The notes under the pieces were generated by a model that was not told where the DNA came from, searched no databases, and saw only the letters and a list, made by a program, of their open reading frames with translations. Below, one piece after another: positions 47,688 through 56,151 of a stretch of DNA of 64,000 bases. The DNA is taken from contig CP070695.1 of the NCBI GenBank assembly GCA_020353515.1, positions 1,303,637 to 1,367,636 on the forward strand. Reading direction: 5' to 3'. Each line of letters begins with the position of its first letter. Within the stretch, counting starts at the first letter, position 1. Source of the DNA: Candidatus Heimdallarchaeota archaeon (GTDB taxonomy: Archaea > Asgardarchaeota > Heimdallarchaeia > Hodarchaeales > Hodarchaeaceae). Made by a program: the position numbers and the translations under genes.

Positions 47688-48287
47688 TTATTGGTCTTCT
47701 TCAGCCCAACCTTTCTTAATTCTAGCGAAAGCTTCTTTGAGTTCCATGTTCATTTGAGCTTTTAAGCTCATAGGAGAAGCTCGGGGAGCAGGGGCACCAG
47801 GTCCTGGCCCAGGTGGTTGGCCGAAGCCAGGCTGTGGAGCAGGTGGTTGGCTGAAACCAGGTTGTGGAGATACTCCAGGAAGAGGAGGAAGTCCTGATGG
47901 TACAGAAGGAGGAGCTGTTAGGGACGGTGAACTGGTTTGGGGAGCTGCTGCTGTTACTGGCGCTGGAGGCGCTGGGAGGCCCGAGGGAACTCCGTGAACA
48001 GCTGGCGTTGGAGGAGGTGTACTCTGTGATGTAGGAACTGGAGGACTAACACTTGGTGTTGAGAGCGTTGGAGGTGGGCTGGAGGCTATTCCTCCTCCTC
48101 CTCCCCTTTGAAGCTGATCTACTTTATTCGATAATTCAGTAAAACTATTCGCTAATTCATCAACGATCTCTGCGAGCTGTGAAACAAATCCAAAGAATCT
48201 TTTTGTTACTTCAATCAATGTTGTTACATTCTGGGACTCATCATCACCAAAAAAATCGTCTATGTTTTTCATGGACACTAAAAGCAC
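47688..48287 (-). CDS. Hypothetical coiled-coil / polyproline protein with WH2-like C-terminus (start may be 48278 or 48272)
   Basis: N-terminal heptad helix, GGGGG, ~100-aa Pro-rich region, ends SLKAQMNMELKEAFARIKKGWAEEDQ. Confidence 0.8.
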   Translation of the reverse strand: MLLVSMKNIDDFFGDDESQNVTTLIEVTKRFFGFVSQLAEIVDELANSFTELSNKVDQLQRGGGGGIASSPPPTLSTPSVSPPVPTSQSTPPPTPAVHGVPSGLPAPPAPVTAAAPQTSSPSLTAPPSVPSGLPPLPGVSPQPGFSQPPAPQPGFGQPPGPGPGAPAPRASPMSLKAQMNMELKEAFARIKKGWAEEDQ

Positions 48288-48531
48288 CTAATAATTGAAT
48301 AAATCATATATCAAATCTTATAGGGGGAGTTTAGATTACTTGGTAAATTGATATTTTCATTCATATTTTAGGATTTTGATGTTATAAATAGTTCCGTTCA
48401 GTCTCTAAATCAAATTTATATTCTCTTCCAAATTTTAAAACCTAAAACTAATTTCGACTAATTCAATGGATAACGATTGCAATAAGAAGATTTTAAATAG
48501 AAATGAGTTGAAAAACAGAATTTTTTGTCCA

Positions 48532-49419
48532 CTACTCATCTGAGTTTTTTGAATATAATTTTCTAATATAATCAGTAATTACACAAACATCTTTTGTAGG
48601 CTTCACATCATGAGTTCTAATGATATGTGTACCATTCAATATTGCTATTGTTGTCGCTGCTAATGACCCCCATAATCTTTCCTCGGGAGTAGCGTTTAAA
48701 ATTTTTCCAATGAAGGATTTCCGAGATATTCCAACAAGAATACAGTGCCTTAGTTCACGAAGCTTGGATAATTCTTTAATCAGGCGGTAATCATCTTCTA
48801 TCTGCCTCTGAGGAACCCATCCCCCTAAACCTGGGTCTATAGTTATCCTTGATTCTTCTATACCTGCATTAACACCTAGATGAATACTTTTTTTGAGTTC
48901 ATCGATTACTTCAGTGATAAAAAAAACATCTCCAGGAGCTTGATGACAAGCCATGACTATTGCTGAAGCAGAGTGCTCATAAATAATATCTACGAGCTTG
49001 GGGTCAGATTTAAATCCTGAGATATCATTGATGATCATAGCGCCTTGAGAGAGAGCATACTCGGCTGTTTGTGCTGATTGTGTATCAACTGAGACAGGAA
49101 TTTCAGCCCCCATATCCTTGTAAATGTTAAAAAAGGAAGATAGACGTTCAATTTCAGTTAGTGTGGAGATAAATTCTCTCTTGTCGTACAAGAAGGTTGG
49201 TGCGCTGGATATAGCGCCCACATCTATAAAATCCGCGCCTGTATCAATTACTCTTTCAATATGGGATTGAATCTCTTCTTCAGACTTTTTGACGCTCCCC
49301 TTAAAAAACGAAGTAGGTGAAAGATTCATAACAGCCATGATACGGGTTCCAACATTATCACCAACTTCAATTGAACCTAATTTACCCACAATTCGCATAT
49401 TATTAACCCACAATTTCAC
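48532..49419 (-). CDS. folP: Dihydropteroate synthase
   Basis: MAVMNLSPTSF, IDVGA.S, SVDT, INDISG, IDPGLG, GISRKSFIG, IIRTHDV. Confidence 0.92.
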   Translation of the reverse strand: MKLWVNNMRIVGKLGSIEVGDNVGTRIMAVMNLSPTSFFKGSVKKSEEEIQSHIERVIDTGADFIDVGAISSAPTFLYDKREFISTLTEIERLSSFFNIYKDMGAEIPVSVDTQSAQTAEYALSQGAMIINDISGFKSDPKLVDIIYEHSASAIVMACHQAPGDVFFITEVIDELKKSIHLGVNAGIEESRITIDPGLGGWVPQRQIEDDYRLIKELSKLRELRHCILVGISRKSFIGKILNATPEERLWGSLAATTIAILNGTHIIRTHDVKPTKDVCVITDYIRKLYSKNSDE

Positions 49420-49420
49420 A

Positions 49421-50260
49421 TTATTTTTGTCCTTGTTGACCCATTTTAGATTTCCGATTGTGCCAAAGCGGTCCTATATATATACAGAGTTGTGGGGAAA
49501 TTTTCATCAGGTCATTACTTTCTTTGATCGCTTCAGGTTCTTCAAAAGTAATTTCTTCACATCCTCGTGCTATCACAATTGGAACTCGTTGGTCTGTTTC
49601 CCCCATTAGAATCTCTGCGCCACAAACGAGATTATCCGCGATTGCCCGTGTAGTGATATGCATCGGACGGCCATATAGATCTAAGGTACCAATATCATCG
49701 ATTAAAGGTCTAAATCCAGATACTGCAAGAGCAAAACCAGATGTTCCTCGTCTTAAGGGGTGGGTCTTTGAATCAGCAATGATAACACCAATTTGCTTAG
49801 CAGTTCTCCTAGTAATATCTCTACGTACTTTTTCCGCAGTCTTAATAGGATCTCTTGGTAATACAATCAGGAAATCCTCTCCTCCTGCATTACTTTGATC
49901 AACACCAGCATTAGCCTGGAGAATGTTGTCTCGTAGAGTAAGAACAGCACCTGGTACAGCGCCAAGAACTTCATCAGCTTCTTGGAAAATAATTTCAACA
50001 AATCGTGGATCGAGTCCTGCTATTTCGGCAGTTTCTTTTGCTTCTTGTCGAATGTGAGGAATATTATCAAAAGAAATTTGACACCTTTCAATGATTGAAA
50101 CAACTTTGCTTGCTATGATAATGATGTCTTTATCTAGTAATTTGATCTCATTAGAATTCAGAGCCTCAAGTATGATATCAACGATGTTTTTATCTGCTGC
50201 ATTGATAAGTGGGGTTTTTACTCCATGGAATTCGATTTTCATGCCATTCAATTCCAACAT
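49421..50260 (-). CDS. cofE: CofE family gamma-glutamyl ligase
   Basis: ASKVVS, ANAGVDQSN, LP.DP, IADS...PLRRG, DLYGR.M..T, MGE....P. Confidence 0.88.
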   Translation of the reverse strand: MLELNGMKIEFHGVKTPLINAADKNIVDIILEALNSNEIKLLDKDIIIIASKVVSIIERCQISFDNIPHIRQEAKETAEIAGLDPRFVEIIFQEADEVLGAVPGAVLTLRDNILQANAGVDQSNAGGEDFLIVLPRDPIKTAEKVRRDITRRTAKQIGVIIADSKTHPLRRGTSGFALAVSGFRPLIDDIGTLDLYGRPMHITTRAIADNLVCGAEILMGETDQRVPIVIARGCEEITFEEPEAIKESNDLMKISPQLCIYIGPLWHNRKSKMGQQGQK

Positions 50261-50502
50261 CTGTCGTTTAGGATAATTTCTAATTCTTTTTTTCGATTTG
50301 ATATACTTGACTTAGGAAGCAGAACAGGCAATCTTTTAAGTTTAGGTTTGATGTGTTTCAAACAATCAAAATTCGGAACTTCGGAATTAGAAATTTCCTA
50401 CAACTTTTAAACACGAATTATCAAACGAATGTTAATACTATTTAGTCAAATGAAAAAAACTCAACACGTTCAAATCAAATTTATATCAAGGAGAAATCGA
50501 AA

Positions 50503-51258
50503 GTGGTAATGGAAGATCGAGCAAAATTTGGCATTCCTTTGCTGGATGACGCTTTAGGTGGTGGCGTGCCTCGTGGATCTGTCATATTAGTCGAAGATGA
50601 AGTAGGTATCAACACTGAACATATCTTAGTTCAATTTCTATCTGAGGGTTTAAGAACTGGTGAATATGGTTATGTTTTGTCAACTGAACATCTTTTTTCA
50701 CATTATTCTCCACTGTTTGTTCCTTATAACATCTCAGAAGTAACTTTTGAAACTAAACGATTAGTTTTTTTGGATGCTTTTACTAATCCTTTCGGATACG
50801 CGGAAGGAAGACCTGGTGCAACAGGAGAAAATGTCATCCGAGATATTACTCAACCACGTCTTGTAACAGATCAGATCCGCCGTTCATTACTACACGTTCG
50901 CTCCCAACCGATTCGAGGTGTTCTTGACTCTTTAACCACTATTTTGTTGGTTTCTGACACATTAAAAGCACCCATGGCTTTCTTACAACATAAAATTGCT
51001 ACTGATAAAGAAATGGGAGTAGTCAGTATCCTAACCTTACATCGTGATGTTCATAAGGCAAGAATAATTCAAGCAGTTGAACATTATTGTGATGGAGTTA
51101 TTAGGTTAGAAAAAAGGGCACTAGATGAGAAGGAGGCAGCTCAAGATGAAATTCTGCAGATTTTAAAAGTTCCAGGAATGTCTCTAGCAGAATTGGAAAA
51201 TACTGAATTCATTTTCCACCCCACACCCGGTCATATCGAATTGACCCCCTCAAAATAA
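50503..51258 (+). CDS. KaiC/RAD55-like RecA-fold protein with degenerate Walker A
   Basis: FGIPLLDDALGGGVPRGSVILV, VLDSLT, EHYCDGVIRL; P-loop position reads EDEVGINTE. Confidence 0.8.
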   Translation: MVMEDRAKFGIPLLDDALGGGVPRGSVILVEDEVGINTEHILVQFLSEGLRTGEYGYVLSTEHLFSHYSPLFVPYNISEVTFETKRLVFLDAFTNPFGYAEGRPGATGENVIRDITQPRLVTDQIRRSLLHVRSQPIRGVLDSLTTILLVSDTLKAPMAFLQHKIATDKEMGVVSILTLHRDVHKARIIQAVEHYCDGVIRLEKRALDEKEAAQDEILQILKVPGMSLAELENTEFIFHPTPGHIELTPSK

Positions 51259-51280
51259 ACTAATTTTTGAAAGGGATTTC

Positions 51281-51499
51281 ATGTCTGCCAAAAAAAAGCT
51301 TTGTGATGTCGAAGGATGCTCAAGCGTTACTAAGAAGACCGTTTCAAGGGAAAAATCAGGAGCCGCGCTCAAAAAAGCTGGTCTTACTCTTAGTATTCGA
51401 GACAAAGTAACAAAAGTACATCTCTGTGCTGATCATTACCGTAAAATCAAAAAACAATTGAAAAAGGATCGTGAGATTGAAAGATTACGATGGGGTTAA
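51281..51499 (+). CDS. Small basic C3H zinc-binding hypothetical protein
   Basis: CDVEGC...LCADHY; Lys/Arg-rich C-terminal helix. Confidence 0.7.
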   Translation: MSAKKKLCDVEGCSSVTKKTVSREKSGAALKKAGLTLSIRDKVTKVHLCADHYRKIKKQLKKDREIERLRWG

Positions 51500-51560
51500 C
51501 TCCTTTCTTAAAACGAGAACTGAAGCTGCGTTAGGTATATCCTTTTTCGCTCCAAGAAAA

Positions 51561-52472
51561 TTACAGGAATTTTATTTCCATAGCGTCTTCAGGGCAAGCT
51601 GCAATACAATCCAAACAATTTGTACAAAGTGGATTTCTCACTTTTTCTGGTGGATCTGCAAGGATCCTGACACCCATTGGACAAACGTCCTCACAAATTC
51701 CACAGTGGGTACATTTTGATATATTTCGTCCAATTCCTACTAAAGAATATTTTCCAAGATGCCCCATAATGATTCCCACAGGACAAAACCAGCGACACCA
51801 ACCTCGTGGGACATAGATAACAAGAATGAAGGCAAAAATAAAAATAAAGAGTCGTAACCAAAAAATGACGTTAATTAACACAAATTTTTCCCAAATTATG
51901 AAGTTTTCAATTCCACCCCACCAAAATAACAATGGAATAGCTGTGAATAAGAATACTGAAGGACTTAATACGGCCCACGGCTGCTCTACAAATACATCAA
52001 AAGAGGCTTCGATGGTTGCCCTTTCTCCTAACGCAACATTAACTCCTATAAAGGTCGAAAGAAGTAAGGTAGCTCCAGTAATAAATTCACCGATTTGTCT
52101 GAGATTAAGGTTTGTATCCTGTGTGGGTTCGTATTTTCTGACCCATGAGGTTAGGTACCCTAAAAGATCTTGAAACATTCCAAATGGACAGCCCCAAGCA
52201 CAAAAAAGTCTCCCAAAAATGGAACCTATAAGAAAAAAGGCTGCAAGGGGGACTAAAGGTACAATAGCCGTTGTCAACATACGCTGTAAGAGAAAGAAAG
52301 CGCCTTCAGAACTTGAAAATATCGATCGCGGCATATTTATTGGTAAAACCAACCAAGTTGCACCAAAAAGGAAAAAAGTAAGATTCATCAAAATAAACAT
52401 GACAAATTGGACAAAAGTACGAAATATTCGGAGTTTTGTTAGATTTGTCTTTTTCTTCTTGTGCCAAGCCAT
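51561..52472 (-). CDS. Membrane 4Fe-4S polyferredoxin (NapH/MauN family)
   Basis: GRLFCAWGCPFG, RGWCRWFCPVG and two CxxCxxCxxxCP motifs. Confidence 0.88.
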   Translation of the reverse strand: MAWHKKKKTNLTKLRIFRTFVQFVMFILMNLTFFLFGATWLVLPINMPRSIFSSSEGAFFLLQRMLTTAIVPLVPLAAFFLIGSIFGRLFCAWGCPFGMFQDLLGYLTSWVRKYEPTQDTNLNLRQIGEFITGATLLLSTFIGVNVALGERATIEASFDVFVEQPWAVLSPSVFLFTAIPLLFWWGGIENFIIWEKFVLINVIFWLRLFIFIFAFILVIYVPRGWCRWFCPVGIIMGHLGKYSLVGIGRNISKCTHCGICEDVCPMGVRILADPPEKVRNPLCTNCLDCIAACPEDAMEIKFL

Positions 52473-52489
52473 TAAATAATGCACCTCAC

Positions 52490-52636
52490 TTAAGGAATAG
52501 GAATTCCAGCTTTTGCGCTTTCAGTAATTTCTTTGATTATATCTTGAATTAGTTCAAATTGATTGGTTGAAATGGCAATGGTTAATAAGATTATACCGAC
52601 ACTTAGAGCAATTAGAGCTTTGGCATTGCTTTTCAT
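52490..52636 (-). CDS. Small single-TM protein (48 aa), likely partner of the polyferredoxin
   Basis: MKSNAKALIALSVGIILLTIAISTNQFELIQ...; ATG after AAGGA; directly upstream of the NapH-like gene. The longer ORF-track start overlaps the GGR gene and looks spurious. Confidence 0.5.
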   Translation of the reverse strand: MKSNAKALIALSVGIILLTIAISTNQFELIQDIIKEITESAKAGIPIP

Positions 52637-52776
52637 AACGAAAATTCCTTTGTATTTATAGCTAATAGGAAGCAGAATTAAGTTTAGACGTAAAGCTGTG
52701 CACTTATGTTCTCTTCTTAAATCTTCAGCAAAAAATGAGAGAAGGTCAATGAAAAAAAAAGATAACGAAAATCTTC

Positions 52777-54000
52777 TTAAAAGCCCCAATCTCTACTTTT
52801 GCTGAAACCATGAGCGATGATTCGGGCATCACCAAATTTCTTCAACATGGAGGGACTTCGGAGAGCTTTTAAAAATAATCGAAACTTTTGAAAGCTATTT
52901 AAAGTTGTAATATCCCAACCATCAACCCAAGAACCAAATGTTTCGATATCTTTAGCTGAAAATTTATTGTACAATATTTCATGTGCATGTTGAATGATTG
53001 GATCCATATAAGGGAATATTCGAAGCTTCTCCTGATATTCACTCATTTTTTGATCATCAAATTGATCATTTTCAAGAGCTTCGACTGCAGTTTGGCCAGC
53101 AAGCATACCTGAATGTATTCCGATAGCAATCCCTCCATAAAAGATTGTATTTGTAAGCCCAGCCGCATCTCCAGCAGCCATATAATGTTCACAATAATTC
53201 TTTCGTATCGGACCACTTGCTGGAATGATTCCAGCTATTTTAGCAAGTATATCTTTCTCATGATAATTATTAAACCCTAAGTGTCTAAGAAATTGATTCA
53301 AGACTTTTATAGGTTTCGACGCTAGATTTACTACAACTCCAATATTAGTATGGTTTTTCTTTGGGAATACCCAGCCATAATGCATATCTTTAAACTGTTG
53401 AAAATCAAAATAGAAATCTAGAGCGTCTGTTAACACTCCAGGAATTTTATATTCCACACCTTGTACATATTCAGTAGGAGGTTGCAATCCCATCATTTTA
53501 ACACTATGAGCAGAGGGCCCGTCACACCCAATAACAATTTTCGCCTCATGACTCCCATTTGTAGTATTAACTGTCAATCCCCCCTCTTTTCGGTTGATAG
53601 AGATAACTTGAGTTCCTAAATGCACTTCTACTCCTAAATCTTGAGCTTGCTTCGCCATAAGTTGATCAAAAAGAGGACGATTAATTGTTACAGTTTGGAG
53701 TTTTGCTGTAGCAACACCTTGCTTTCCAAAGAAGAAGCGCTGAGCATTAATCACCCTTTCGATAAAGGATTCACGCTGTTGAAGACGTAAAATTTCATCA
53801 TCAAGCTGGGTATCTATTTTTGGCATATTTTTTAGGGAAAGAAGTTTATTAGCTGAAATACCTTCTCCACAAGCTAGTGGGTGACCTATTATGGGATGTT
53901 CTTCGATTATGAGCGTTGTTAAGCCCTTTTTTGCTATTGTAGTTGCTGCTGATAAGCCTGTAGGGCCTCCACCAATAATAAGAACATCATAAACAATCAT
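52777..54000 (-). CDS. Geranylgeranyl reductase family FAD oxidoreductase
   Basis: DVLIIGGGPTG, P.ACGEG, RPLFD, GCDG, YGWVFPK, GDAAG; ATG 54000 after AGGAG. Confidence 0.9.
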   Translation of the reverse strand: MIVYDVLIIGGGPTGLSAATTIAKKGLTTLIIEEHPIIGHPLACGEGISANKLLSLKNMPKIDTQLDDEILRLQQRESFIERVINAQRFFFGKQGVATAKLQTVTINRPLFDQLMAKQAQDLGVEVHLGTQVISINRKEGGLTVNTTNGSHEAKIVIGCDGPSAHSVKMMGLQPPTEYVQGVEYKIPGVLTDALDFYFDFQQFKDMHYGWVFPKKNHTNIGVVVNLASKPIKVLNQFLRHLGFNNYHEKDILAKIAGIIPASGPIRKNYCEHYMAAGDAAGLTNTIFYGGIAIGIHSGMLAGQTAVEALENDQFDDQKMSEYQEKLRIFPYMDPIIQHAHEILYNKFSAKDIETFGSWVDGWDITTLNSFQKFRLFLKALRSPSMLKKFGDARIIAHGFSKSRDWGF

Positions 54001-54148
54001 ATTTCTCAGACTCCTACTTCTTATAAAGTTGAGACCATACAACACTAACCTAATCAGAACATTATAATCTAGCACTTGCATATTGAGTTATTTTAATTAA
54101 TAAAAAATCAATTAATAAAAATAGAATTATTGGACTCTGGGTTTATTT

Positions 54149-54463
54149 TTGCCACAAACACCTATTAGAATTGGAAAATGTTCAATTAAGATTCAGGGGA
54201 AGATTCTTGTTCAATTAGAGAATGAAAAACTTCCAAAAATCAGATCCCTTGCAAAAGTGAAAAGAAATAGCCAATTCAAGAAGATTGGAGAAGTTATCGA
54301 GGTTATTGGGTCAACTCGAAAGCCTTGGATTGTTATTTCGGCCCCCCAAAGCTCGTACAAGATGGTTCAGCTTGAAGAATATATTTTTACACAGGAAAGA
54401 TCGCAGAAAAAGAAAGGGAAAGAAAAGAAGAAAGCTAGAAAATCAAAAAAAAAAAGAAGCTGA
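54149..54463 (+). CDS. gar1: Gar1/Naf1 H/ACA sRNP protein
   Basis: KIGEVIEVIGS..KPW motif, basic tail; upstream of rps8e. Confidence 0.7.
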   Translation: MPQTPIRIGKCSIKIQGKILVQLENEKLPKIRSLAKVKRNSQFKKIGEVIEVIGSTRKPWIVISAPQSSYKMVQLEEYIFTQERSQKKKGKEKKKARKSKKKRS

Positions 54464-54562
54464 TATATAAAATTAATCATAATTATCCTTAAAATAATAG
54501 AGATTCGTGAAAGTGACGGTTTAATCGTCCTTCTTGAGACACCATTTAAGGAGAGCTATTCA

Positions 54563-54943
54563 TTGGCAAGATCACAAAAAAAATCCGTAAGGAAACCTAG
54601 TGGTGGGCGTTATCATGTTGCAGTTAAAAAGAAAAAACGTGACTTAGCACGACCCGCAGCCCAAACGATACTAGGTGAACCCCGTAAGAAAATTGTACGT
54701 ACACGGGGTGGGAACCGTAAAATTAGGCTTCAAAGTTGCCTTTATGCAAATATATCCTCTCTTAAAAAAAGAACTACAGAAAAAGTAGAAATTGAGGATG
54801 TCCTTGAGAATCCAGCCAATCGTGATTTTGCCCGGAGAAAGATTATTACAAAAGGTGCGATAATCAAGACAAAAAAGGGAAATGCAAGAGTAACGAGTCG
54901 TCCAGGACAAAATGGGACTGTTGACGCAGTTTTAATCACTTGA
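54563..54943 (+). CDS. rps8e: 30S ribosomal protein eS8
   Basis: [42 protein letters not shown]. Confidence 0.96.
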   Translation: MARSQKKSVRKPSGGRYHVAVKKKKRDLARPAAQTILGEPRKKIVRTRGGNRKIRLQSCLYANISSLKKRTTEKVEIEDVLENPANRDFARRKIITKGAIIKTKKGNARVTSRPGQNGTVDAVLIT

Positions 54944-55006
54944 TAGACAAGAATACATCTCTGTTTTCTTCCTACCAGCTCTAGAAACTATCTCAACTCA
55001 TTTTTA

Positions 55007-55903
55007 TTGCTTAGAGGAATTGTTTGCAATATGAATCATAAAGACTCAAATGAGTCAAGTAGAAAGAAAATAGAATCAAAGAATGTAAAAAAAGCTATTG
55101 CTTGGTTATTAGAAGCAACTAAACGAACTTTTAAAGGTCATACAAAATCCACATGGGTTTGGATAACCTTTTTTATAATAATATTCATTATTAGTGTTGT
55201 TATTTTGTTTCTTCAATATCAAGATGACACTTGGTTATTTGATAAAGTTGTACGCTGGTTTTTAATACCCATTATTGAGTTGGAAGCTTGGGGTTGGTTA
55301 TTTTTCCTTATTTTTATGGGTATTCAAGGAATATTAGTACCAATTCCATCAGAACTAGTTCTTCTATCCAGTGGACTTGTCTGGGGATTAGAAGGGGGTT
55401 CTATCCTAGGGATCATTGGTTCTTTGATTGCTGGTGTATTGACTTATTACATTGCAGTTCTCGGTGGACGACCAATGATGGAACGATTTCTAGGTCAAGA
55501 AAATCTTGATGTCCTTGACTTTTATATCGAGAAATACGGAGCAGTAACTATTCTTATAGCGAGGGCATTTCCTTTTATGGCTTTTGATCCAATTTCTTAT
55601 GCTTCTGGATTTTTGAAGATCAAGTTTAGAACTTACTTCATTGCTACATTAATTGGATCAATTATCAGATGCGTTTTCTATGCTTGGTTGGGATCGACTT
55701 TGTATGAAGGTAACCCAAGAGATTTAATAAATGATCCTAAAGCGGTACAAAGCTTCATTGATGTTGGATCAGCTCGATTTAATTTGATGCTTATAATTAT
55801 AGTTATCGTCTTGGGTTTTGCTTACCTATTTTACCAATTTCTTTTAATGCCTTACCTTAAAAAGAAGCGCTTTGAAGAAAAAAACCTGAATTCTCCCCTA
55901 TAA
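55007..55903 (+). CDS. TVP38/TMEM64 (DedA/VTT) membrane protein
   Basis: VPIPSELV, GGR, ARAFPFMAFDPISYASG, ATLIGS..R. Confidence 0.88.
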   Translation: MLRGIVCNMNHKDSNESSRKKIESKNVKKAIAWLLEATKRTFKGHTKSTWVWITFFIIIFIISVVILFLQYQDDTWLFDKVVRWFLIPIIELEAWGWLFFLIFMGIQGILVPIPSELVLLSSGLVWGLEGGSILGIIGSLIAGVLTYYIAVLGGRPMMERFLGQENLDVLDFYIEKYGAVTILIARAFPFMAFDPISYASGFLKIKFRTYFIATLIGSIIRCVFYAWLGSTLYEGNPRDLINDPKAVQSFIDVGSARFNLMLIIIVIVLGFAYLFYQFLLMPYLKKKRFEEKNLNSPL

Positions 55904-56151
55904 TAGAAAGTTGTATGAATTTCAACATTTAACAGAGCTTAAATATCCTTAACAAGGTTCCTTTATTAGTCAAAGAATGAATAAACCAGTATGTATATAC
56001 CATATTTCTCAACAAGACAAACTTCAATAGGAAAGGTTCATGAATAAGCAATAAGAAATTATAAGTGTGGATTAGATATTTTCATACACGGTAATTTAAT
56101 GGGTAAATTAATAGGTTAAATGATAAATAAAGAGTCTGCTGCGGAGATTAC

